Assembly: GCA_038087875.1 (NCBI GenBank)
Contig: CM075977.1
Span: forward strand, 263,500,001 to 263,564,000
Direction: 5' to 3'
DNA: 64,000 nucleotides
Origin: Malacoraja senta
Lineage: Eukaryota
Shown: positions 11,746 through 22,700 of the stretch, in pieces
Layout of the letters: the number at the start of each line of letters is the position of its first letter
How positions within the stretch are numbered: position 1 is the first letter of the stretch
Notes under the pieces: model-generated
The model's database searches: none
Told to the model about the DNA's origin: nothing
Seen by the model: only the letters and a program-made list of their open reading frames with translations
Translations under genes and position numbers: made by a program

Positions 11746-12693
11746 TCGGAATCAAAAATGAATCAAAAAGTAACTTGGCATCCTCACCCTAAGAGAAGAT
11801 AATCATAACTTGGGTTTCACCTATTTATTATGAGCTTTGCTCTGTTGCTCCTACCCTACAATCAAGATCCTGATGACTTCTTTCCCTGAATGAAGCAGCA
11901 GGCCACCCTAATTGTTTCCATCCACCTCCTGGGCCTCTCAAAATCCCAACCCCCATTCCTTGATTTCCAATGAGTCTATATCTAGTGCACAAAAGGCGAT
12001 TGTAGGCACAAATTATGCAAGGTTCATTCTATTTTACATAATGCTTTGGGCCGATAGTGCAATAGAATAATGTGTGGTAAGAGGCCACGTGCAAAACATA
12101 CATTGATTTATCACAGTAGAACCCTGGGAAGAACACCAGAGGTTGTATTTGAAAAATAATGTTAAGGGGATACATTATCTAAACTTGTGAGAGAAGTTGG
12201 GACCTCAGATCTATGCCAGTCTCATCTGAAAATAACTATTCCATAAAGGCTAGGCTCTCTCAGTATTGCATGCAGATTGTAAATTCATTCATTTGATGCT
12301 GAATAGTTACTTATCCATAAATAATTTTCCAAATAAATGAGAGAAAATTAACGTCTTTAAACCAAAATATTCCCAGCAAACTTCTGCTTCTTTCTTCATC
12401 TCCTTTCTTCTCGAAGGGCCAAAGGGCCGAATTGCCTCCTCCTGCACCTATTACCTCTTGTCTGATGGGAGAGTGGAGAAGAGGGAATGATCAGGGTGAG
12501 ACTCGTTCTTGATCTAGGTCTGTTTATTGCATGGCTCTATGACGTTATGGCATAGCATGCAGACAAGAACCTTCAGTGCGTTGCAATATATTTTCGCATG
12601 GGTTTGTTTCCTTATGGCTTTCTGCTGAGAGCCTTCCCCAACCCCTTCCACCCACTCCTTCACCCATTTTTGCAGCTTGTCCTGCTCCAACTC

Positions 12694-12905
12694 TGTTAAA
12701 GAAAGAACTGCAGATGCTGGAAAATCGAAGGTAGACAAATATGCTGGAGAAACTCAGCGGGTGAGGCAGCATCTATGGAGCGAAGGAAATAGGCAACGTT
12801 TCGGGTCGAAACCCTTCTTCAGGGTCTCGACCCGAAACGTTGCCTGTTTCCTTCGCTCCATAGATGCTGCCTCACCCACTGAGTTTCTCCAGCATTTTTG
12901 TCTAC
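12694..12905. mobile_element. Penelope-terminus-derived foldback insert with hammerhead-core motif
   Basis: 85-bp inverted arms at 12731-12815 and 12821-12905; 15-bp duplication GTCCTGCTCCAACTC at 12679-12693 and 12906-12920. Confidence 0.8.
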
Positions 12906-13079
12906 GTCCTGCTCCAACTCGGTTCACTTACCCAATCCTGTTGCTGACCATTTCCATCTGTGGGAGGATAAGATGGGGCATGGATTGAAATGCTGGAATT
13001 CCAGAATGACAGCATGATACCAAGTCACCTGACAAGCAATTAATGCCATTATCTTCCTTCACTGTATGCTATTGTAGTA

Positions 13080-13545
13080 TTGAGACACAGAGTCCTTAAG
13101 TTACACAGCACGGAAGCAGGTTCTTCCCATGATAACCAAGTTGCCTCAGTGAGCTGGTCTCATTTGCCTGCGCCTAGCCCATATCCCTCCAAACCTTTCA
13201 TGTCCATGTACCTGTCCAAATGTCTTTTAAATTTCATAATTGTACCAGCATTTACCACTTTCTTTGGCAGCTCGCTCCATATTCCTATTACCGTCAGTAA
13301 AAAAAAGTTGGCCCTCTGGTCCCTTTTAAATCTATTCCCTGTCATCCTAAACATTCCCTTGTCCACCAGTTTTATACTGTCCTACCCTGGGAAAAGACTT
13401 TGGCTATTCACCTTATCTATGCCACATGATCTTATAAACCTTTATCTCGACAACCCTCAGCCTCCTATGATCCAGGGAAAGAAAGATCCCATCTATCTAG
13501 CCTCTCCTTATAACTCAACTCTTCCACACCTGGTAACATCCTCAG
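13080..13545 (-). mobile_element. Decayed CR1 3' end
   Basis: WSELPKKVVNAGTIMKFKRHLDRYM is a typical CR1 ORF2 C-terminus. Confidence 0.75.
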
Positions 13546-16276
13546 TTGATCATTATTATCTACAATTGAATCCCAAGGATTTTTAATTTCATCTGAGCAA
13601 ATGGTCCAATGATCCAAATGCCAAGGAAATTTTCTTTATTTGTAAAGACTTTGCATGTCCATCGATGTAACAAAATTATGCATAGACTTTGAATGATCTT
13701 TATCTGTGCAGCACAGACAAAAGACCAAGCCAAATATCTGTGCATAAGTTCACTGAAGTGATGGTCATAGTGCTCATTTGTCTAAGTGGTTATGTACGTA
13801 GGGAATCTTCAGGCTATAAGAACTGGATTTTATCATTGTGAGCCAGCAGCTCCGGTAGTTGGTCAGAAAGAAGATAGACTGAAAATAGTGGAGAATTGGG
13901 ATGTCACCACTGATTTCTGAATTCAACATTAGTGCATCGACCTAAGTATGAGCCGATCCTCAGGAGAGGTGAATTGGTAATTTCAATGCATTAACAGCTT
14001 CTTAAGAATGACATTAACATTCACATTGAGCTTTATGCACAGGCTTCTCGGGTTTCCTGGTACTTACCATGAAATCAAGGCTGGAACACAGTGGAATTGA
14101 AAGGGAAATCTGCCAATAAGTAGAGCTACTACACAACTGCTTCCTCCGGTGAATCTGTGAAAATAAAAACGTAACTCACAGAACCCATGATTTGTGATGG
14201 AAGCTAAATCTGAAAACTTTGGAACTGACATTTAAAAAGTTGGACCTGAATTTGAAAAGCTTACTATTGAATGTTCAAACATTGCAAATGACTGCTCGTG
14301 AACTGCACTTTGCAGTTCCCAAAGGCCACCTCAGCATATCTGATTTTATACTACACAATACTTTGGCGCTCAGGGGTGGTTGATGATAAACATCAGCAAG
14401 AGCCTCAGGAGCAGTAGGGACTGCTCTCCACATATTTCCAGATGCACAGGAATGAAGAAATCAGCAGAGAAGTGCAGGAGACCAAGCACGCCACACAGTC
14501 AGATAATGTTTCCAGTCAGATAAAGTGGCTCCGAAGGCTGGAAGTATTGGGCCAGTTTGCACCAGTGGCTCGTGGATGCTTCCATCGGGAATCACAGGCC
14601 AGCTGCAATGCATGTGTTACCACATTCCAGATTTCTGGACTTGCTTAGAGCAGGGCGGTATACAGAATACCTTTGGGTTCAAATGAAGCAATTAACCGCC
14701 GGCTTTGGAGTAGTTGCCTTTATTTTAGCCAACGTTAGAAATAAATGCACTTCTTGAATCAAAATTCTAATTTATTTAATTATTTTTGACCGTTTCTAAA
14801 TGTCTCTGATCATTGGAGACATATAAAGACAGTGCAAAGGCTTGTTGAAAGCACAAGCTCTCAGAAGGCTGTCAGGACGATCCCAGCAACGATCCTCAGT
14901 TTGTATCACATCCTGGTTAGTCACTATTTGCAGATGGTGTCTGGGATTAGGTGACCCCAGTTTTACCCCATCAGAGACATCTCAGTCAGTCTACGTATCT
15001 TACATTCTGTTTTCCCCCTCCACAAACCAAGTTTTATCTCTCCAAGCATTGGAGTCATTTCAGTCAGTTGAAGGAAGAAGAAACAATGAAGACAAAGGAA
15101 TGCCCTCACTTGCTTATAAACTTGCATCCACCAGCTCCTGTACTAACCCTTGAGACGATATCAGAGAGACACGATCTGGAAAATATAAGGAAACAGGGCA
15201 GAGGGCAAGGATAATGCAGATGGCAAGTTATCAGAGAACACTGTCACATAATGGTTTATATTCCAAAGATTAAGGTGAGGGCTTTGATTAGTTAAGTCAA
15301 AATAATGCTGACAAGTGTAAATAACCAAAAGCTTGTGTCATTGCATATCCTCCACTCAATTATATTGAGCATGGAGGTATCTAGATGAGCTTGGCAAAGG
15401 ATTCAGAGCAGAGCTTGTTCCTTGTGCTTTCAAACATGAAATGTAGCGATATTACAAAACCTACCATCAGCGGCGCTCCAGATCTGCCACGAGCTGTGTG
15501 TGCGACTCCGGAGCCTTTGAGGGGGGGGGGGGGGCAGGATTACAATGCAGGTTTGTATTGCTTGTCGGAGAGGGATTTCCTCGGGCTGCTAGCTGATGAA
15601 GAAAAATCGATCGGACTTCCGTTCCCGTTTTTTTTTTAAATCGCTGGATAATTTAATCGCTGGATTAAAGTAAAAAGCGACTTCTAACGCCCTCAACGCC
15701 TTCAACGTCACGGATCTCAATATCAGGACAAAACAAAAGGTATATCGTTTATTTCACATATAATCTTGCTTCTTCGGGTGGCTTTAGTCTAATCTTATGA
15801 TGCGAAAATGTTATTTAGGCCCCATACGAATCGGCCATGTCTTGCCTGCCGATATGGGCTTAAAATTTACGGCAACGGCAATGTTCCAATCGATCACATT
15901 CCAGAAACACCCATTCTCAAGATGATTAAAATCCTCATTTTTTTTACACAATCATGTCATAAGAACATCTAAATCATCTATATTTTGTGTTATTGTCTAT
16001 CCATGATCAATATTTTTATACTAAATATCCACAACAGTTTTAGTCACATGTATTGTGCAACAAATAATAATTTTGATTATATTGAGAGTGGATGTTTCTG
16101 GATTAATTTATGGGAATTAAACATTAAATTCCTTCCATTTGGCATACAAGTTCATGACAGTGAGATTTAAAAATCATGTTCTATTGTGAATTCTTGTGTC
16201 AATGGGATCAGTTTGTTATTTGGATACTTAGGCTATTTAAATTTTTTAACCTTTTCTTAAGAAATGGATAGATGTT

Positions 16277-16468
16277 CTTCTTCTTTTCGTGTCCATCTTG
16301 TTTCAAATGTTGGCCTCGCTGTCATCGTCCGTCCTGAAAAGGACGCAAGTTTCCGGTGACAATCAGTGGAAGCCATCACTTGTCGCAATAGATGATGGTG
16401 GCAGCAGAATTCGCTCAGGATACTTCCAGTTTCCAGCCCCGCGACGTGGACGCTCCTGCTATGGGGCC
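16277..16468 (-). mobile_element. Short retroposon (192 bp) with HDV-like ribozyme head and Ingi/Vingi-like GGACACGAAAAGAAGAAG tail (family 1)
   Basis: Exact 10-bp TSD GATAGATGTT at 16267-16276 and 16469-16478; (AAG)n tail. Confidence 0.85.
16402..16468 (-). ncRNA. HDV-like (CPEB3-type) self-cleaving ribozyme
   Basis: GGCCCC A UAGCAGGA GCG UCCACGU CGC GGGGCU GG AAACUGGAAGUAUCCUGAG CGAA UUCUGCUG: P1, P2, P3, P1.1, P4 and J4/2 with catalytic C (16413) all present. Confidence 0.85.
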
Positions 16469-16686
16469 GATAGATGTTTAGATCTAGTAATTGAATTTAG
16501 ATTAATTTAATTGATTAGATGAATTTAATTGATTTGACGAAACTGATGAATATGAATTTTTTGTTGGGCATTTACTATTTGTTTTAGCGTTTAACTTTAG
16601 CATTTCTACCTTTTATCTAAAACTGCAAATAATAACTTGTTTCTGTTAATGCTGTTCAGTGTTTTTTTCCTTTACATTTTAAACAG

Positions 16687-17031
16687 ATGTCTCCGAAGAA
16701 GAAATGCAAAAATTGTCAATCCAAATGTCCAGCAAAATAGACTGATTTAGACAGCATTCGGAGAAATTATCCAAATTTGGACTACTTCAAATGTGATGAT
16801 CTACAGGACATTGTTAATGGGAAAGTAGTGGGCAGAAAGGCATGTCATGCGTGGTTTGAAGAGCAAAAACTTGTAGTTTACAATGCCAAAATTGAAAAGT
16901 TGAGGAAAAACAAGGTGTACAGAGTTGCTTATTGGTTACAATCTGAGGAGTATGATGATGCTACTGATTATGATATGCTAATGTACCAGCTAGCAACTGA
17001 TCTTCTCCATAAAAACTTGGTCTATTGCTAG
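16687..17031 (+). pseudogene. Transposon-borne exon-like frame with Spindlin/Tudor-like C-terminal domain (one in-frame stop)
   Basis: Follows splice acceptor TTTTTTCCTTTACATTTTAAACAG; reads MSPKKKCKNCQSKCPAK*TDLD..VVGRKACHAWFEEQKLVVYNAKIEKLRKNKVYRVAYW..YDMLMYQLATDLLHKNLVYC. Confidence 0.45.
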
Positions 17032-17249
17032 AAATTATAATTTATTTACCTATCTGTTACGGACTTACAGCATATAATACAATAATATGAAAGTTCTGAT
17101 CTTGAGAATATCACATTTTTGAATTTTCAAGGAAGTCTGGGTGTTTATTACTATTTCCGTCACAACGGTCAATTTTGTAATTAGCTACAATTAGGTAACT
17201 AACTAATTATATGCTTTAATTTCAGGTCATCCAAGTAAGATGTTTTATA

Positions 17250-18648
17250 GGTAGACAAAAATGCTGGAGAAACTCAGCGGGTGCAGCAGCATCTATGGAG
17301 CGAAGGAAATAGGCAACGTTCTGGGCCGATGTGAGGGTGGGGGGTGGGAAGAAGAAAGGAAGAGGAGGAGCCACAGGGCTGAGGGAGAGTTGAGAAGGGG
17401 AGGAGACAGTGAGGACTGCCTGAAGTTAGAGAAGTCAATGTTCATACCGCTGGGGTACAAACTGCCCAAGCGAAATATGAGGTGCTGCTCCTCCAATTTC
17501 CGGTGGTCCTCACTCTGGCCGTGGAGGAGGCCCAGGACAGAAAGGTCGGATTCGGAATGGGAGGGGGAATTGAAGTGCTGAGCCACCGGGAGATCAGGTT
17601 GGTTATTGCAAAACGAGCGGAGGTGTTCGGCGAAACGATCGCCAAGCCTACGCTTGGTCTCACCGATGTAGAGCAGCTGACATCTAGAACAGCGGATGCA
17701 ATAGATGAGGTTGGATGAGTTGCAGGTGAACCTCTGTCGCACCTGGAACGACTGCTTGGGTCCTTGAATGGAGTCAAGGGGGGAGGTAAAGCGACAAGTG
17801 TAGCATTTCTTGCGGTTGCAAGGGAAAGTGCCCGGAGAGGGGGTGGTTCGGGTGGGAAGGGACGAATTGACCAGGGAGTTACGGAGGGAGCGGTCTCTGC
17901 GGAAAGCAGACAGGGGAGGAGATGGGAAGATGTGGCAAGTGGTGGGGTCACGTTGGAGGTGGCGAAAATGACGGAGGATTATTTGTTGTAGTGACGGCTG
18001 GTGGGGTGAAAGGTGAGGACTAGCGGGACTCTGCCCTTGTTACGAGTGGGGGGATGGGGAGAGAGAGCAGTGTTGCGGCGTATGGAAGAAACCCTGATGA
18101 GAGCCTCATCTACAGTAGGGGAGGGGAACCCCCGTTCCCTGAAGAATGAAGACATCTCCGATGCCCTGGTGTGGAACACCTCATCCTGGGAGCAGAGCGG
18201 CGTAGACGGAGGAATTGGGAGTAGGAGATGGAGTCCTTACAGGAAGCAGGGTGGGAAGAAGTGTAGTCCAGATAACCATGGGAGTCAGTGGGTTTATAGT
18301 GAATGTCGGTCAGAAGTCTATCACCTGCGATGGAGATAGTGAGGTCTAGAAATGGGAGGGAAGTATTGGAAATGGTCCAGGTGTAATTGAGTGCCGGATG
18401 GAAGTTAGTGGTGAAATGGATGAAGTCAGTGAGTTGTGTGTGGGTGCAGGAGGTAGCACCAATGCAGTCGTCGATGTAGCGGAGGTAGAGGTCGGGGATG
18501 GGGCCCTGGTACGTATTGAACAAGGATTGTTCTACGTACCCTACAAAGAGGCAGGCATAGTTAGGGCCCATGCGCATGCCCATAGCTATGGCCTTGTATT
18601 TGGAGGAAATGGGAGGAGTCAAACGAGAAGTTATCAAGGGTTATTAAG
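17250..18648 (-). mobile_element. Penelope-like element (RT C-terminus plus GIY-YIG endonuclease), 5'-truncated
   Basis: GxxMGPNYACLFVG, YLRYIDDC, LPFLDL, NLIYCIRC..LYIGETKRRLGDRFAEH; 8-bp TSD GTTTTATA at 17242-17249 and 18649-18656. Confidence 0.92.
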
Positions 18649-19734
18649 GTTTTATATTTGTTTCCGAATGCTTCAATCTATAATAACTGAAAATTACATT
18701 CAGTTATCTTAATTTTTAAGAAAGTTATGGGCTTTTGACTGTCAATGGATCACAGCTTTTGTGTTAAGTCAATAGAAAAGCAATAGGGAACAAGATGCTA
18801 ATTTCCGAGTATGAAAATGGCCATAACTTTTTTAATACTGAAGATATGAAAGTGAATTATGTATTAAATTAAAGTTCTTTTTATGCTTTATCTGATGGGA
18901 TAAATTACAGGCTTGATTTTTTAAATCTCAACATTTTGTAACATTCCTATGAAATGGTTGTTCATTCCAATGACACACATATGGATTCTACCATGGTGGA
19001 GTGTCAGATGGTTGTTATTATAACTTCCTTTGGTGCAGAAGCACCTTTCATCAAATGTCTGAATTATGCAGTAGAAGCTTGGAGAGCTGTCATTATGACT
19101 CAAGATACCACTTTTTAAAGGAATCCATTGGAGTCAACTCATAAGTTTGCAAACAAACCTGTTAACTTGCAGTCCTGGAATCTCATGTCATCGTTCTCAA
19201 ATCCTTCCATGCCCAGGAATTCTTTTGGTCATCCTCCTGGGTTATGTGGAGTTTACCAATTAGGAGATCAGCTTCCTTTTACTCCCTTGCGGGAGAAGGT
19301 GGAGATGCTTGAAGTGGGGGAAAACATATTAGGCAACCAAGAGAATTGTCAGGGAGTTGAGTTTACTTTTGAATGTGTAACATTGTGATTGCATTCAGAA
19401 AATTGGATTGGAACTGAGGTCCTTCCTCAGCATGTTGGTAGTTTCCTCAACAACAGATGGCTTTTGTTGTACAGCTCACAGGTTTCACTGCCTACATTCC
19501 TCATGGAATTACATCTCTTCTGATGTTTCTCCTTTAATTTCTGTGTAGTCAGAGGGAGGAAACTTCATGATTAATGATAGAATAAAAGTATGGAATGTGG
19601 GACCGTTGATGAATGGACAGGACAGATATGGTTCGGATTACTGTTACCCGAACTTTGCCTTCTTTATCGTCAACTTAACCTGCAAATTAACCTTTTGGGA
19701 ATCCTGCACTAGCACTGACCATGTTTTGGATAAT

Positions 19735-22700
19735 ATGATAAAGATAATTGTTCAAAGCAGAAACCTCGTATTTGAAGGAGATAAGATAAACATATTTAGA
19801 GATTATCCTGTGGAAGTTGCCAAGAAGAGAGCGCTGTTTACAGAAACAAGAAGAATACTTAAGAATATAAACAATTTGAGATATGGACTGTTATACCCTG
19901 CAACATTAAGAGTAACCTACGAGCGGAAGGAACATTTCTTCATCAAGCACACAGAAGCACTTGAATTCGCCCAGAGCATCGTGAATAAGTCCGAAGATTG
20001 AATAATACCCTACACCCAACATTCACCTGAAGATATCGGACATTGTTACCCTGCAGAGAAGAAATGGAACTTTAAACTATTATACTTAAGAACTGTCCAA
20101 AATCTGCAATATGAATTGGGCAATTAGATTGCTACTGATATATAATATTTACATTTTAGTACTAATTTCTAACAACTATTACTAATTATGAATACTAATC
20201 AATACTAATTATTGTTAACTGGATCAACTCTGAATTAATTAATAGTATGAAATTTAAGTATAGTCTGATTCAGGTAATTTATTAATAAAAATTTAGGAAG
20301 TTTTTTCTTTGATATTTTTGATTTTACTCTTTAACAATGTTTTTTTTAAAAAATTTTGGCAACTAACATTTTAATTTGAGACTAATAATTATTTCAATTA
20401 TGGAATATAGCTATTGTTTCCCTCCCCCCCATAAATTGTTTTCATTGTAATTGAAACTTTCCTTTTAAGGAAAGTACGGAGCTAGTAATATATATATTTT
20501 TTTACCAAAAGCTACGGAAGTCCTTAGATGCTTAGCCACACTAGGGTGGCTATCACTAACTGCACTAACTATGGTTGTAGTTTTCTTCTTTTTCTACTCT
20601 TTACACGTTATTAATACAACTTCTTTTTATCTTTTTTATCTTATGTTATATTATATTTTGTATTTGGAATGGAATTATATATTTTCTTTAGGGAGATATG
20701 TCCGGATGGTAAACCGACGGGACCTAAAATTCATCTACCTGATGTTTGGGTATAAGGTGGGGTTTGGTGTGCTGAGCCATCTGCTCTAACATAGACCACT
20801 TTAATCACAAGATGCAAGACGTTAATAGGAAAATTGGGGGTGAAGGAATTAAATTATGTAGTTGGAATGTTAAGGGAATTAATGAACCAATCAAGAGAGG
20901 TAAAGTATTAGCTCATTTAAAATCACTTAAAGCAGATATAATATTTCTCCAGGAAACACATCTTAAAAAGGAAGCACAACATAGATTGAAAACAAAATGG
21001 ATTGCTAAAGCGTATCACTCTTCATTCTCACACAAATCTAGAGGGGTTGCAATATTAATTCGTAAAGGTATACCCTTTAAACATATATCAACGATAGAAG
21101 ATATTGAAGGCAGATATATTGTATTAGTAGGGGAGTTATATTCAAAAAAAGTGACTCTCCTTAATGTGTATGGACCTCATTTTGATAGCCCCCTGTTTTT
21201 TAAGAGAATACTTAACACTATCCCAGAATGTACACAACATAACTTAATTATCGGTGGAGACTTAAATTGTACACTGGATGCTTATTTGGATAGATCATCA
21301 ACTCAAAGAAAATCAAAATCTCAGTCAAGTGAATTTCTAAATTGATATATTAATACTACCAACATTAAGGATGTTTGGAGAATTGAAAATCCATCTGGTC
21401 GAGAATACTCATTTTACCAGTGTATAAAACTTACTCAAGGATAGACTACTTCTTAGTAGACTCTAAACTTATCCCATTTACCTATAACTCGCAATATCAT
21501 AATATTATAATATCAGACCATGCTCCACTAACATTTATGATTAAACTAAATGGAATGACCGAGACACAGTCACAATGGAGACTTAACCCCCAAATCTTAA
21601 AAGAAAAACTATGTAATGAATATCTCGTAAAACAGATTAATATGTGTTTTGAGGCTAATGATAGCCCTGGAATCTCTGCCTCCCTTCTTTGGGAAACATT
21701 TAAAGCATTTGTGCGAGGAGCACTAATCTCTTCGCAATCATTTCTTAATAAAGAGAATAGGGCCAAACAACAGACTTTGGAAATGGAAATAAGGCAATTA
21801 GACATAGAAAATGCAATAGCACCATCTATGGCAAAACACAATAAAATTGCAGTACTGAAATATGTTAAACAAGATATACTCAGACCACTATATAAAACTA
21901 TATCAACATACAAAACAATTAAACTTTGAATTTGGTGATAAACCACAAAAACTATTAGCGCGTCAACTTCATAAACTGGACGGGGAAAAAACAATTTACA
22001 AAATTAGATCAGACAAGGGAGAAATATTAACACTGCCTAAAGATATTAATGATAGATTTTTACAATACTATCAAAAACTGTACTCATCTAAAATGACAGA
22101 ACAATCAGCAGGAATGGAAACATTTCTACAGAAATGTAACCTTACAGGTTTAGATCAGAAAGAGAGAGAATCACTAGATGCAGAAATTATGGTAAAAGAC
22201 ATCGAAGAGTCAATTAGATCTTTAAAAAACGGAAAGGCCTCAGGTCCTGATGGTCTAAGCTATGAATTTTATAAAAATTTTACGATCTGATTTCTCCACG
22301 CCTACAGACACTATACAAATACGTTTATACTCAACAGAAACTCCCAGAAACTCTAAATGAATCTACAATCATACTTATACCAAAAATGGATAAGGATCCT
22401 GAAGACCCAGGTTCATATAGAGCAATAGCTCTCTTAAATACTGATCAAAAAATATTAACCAAAATCCTATCTCATAGATTGAGCTTAGTGATTAACAAAT
22501 TAATACACCCTGACCAAACTGGTTTTATTCCAAAACGTTACTCATTTTATAATTTGAGAAGACTATTCAATATTATATATGCAAATAGAATTCCTAATGC
22601 AGATCTAGCAATTATATCGTTAGATGCTGAAAAAGCATTTGACCAGGTAGAATGGTCATATTTATTTTCGGTAATGGAAACATTTCAACTAGGAGAGAAG

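Larger units (their letters stand above)
15444..18949. mobile_element. Non-autonomous TIR DNA transposon with 7-bp TSD, hosting nested SINE and Penelope inserts
   Basis: TSD TGAAATG at 15437-15443 and 18950-18956; 16-bp imperfect TIR TAGCGATATTACAAAA versus TAGGAATGTTACAAAA (13/16). Confidence 0.75.

Noticed and set aside
14400-15230. Short ORFs in unique-looking sequence
   Set aside because: No recognisable domain or consistent splice structure; possibly an ancient repeat.
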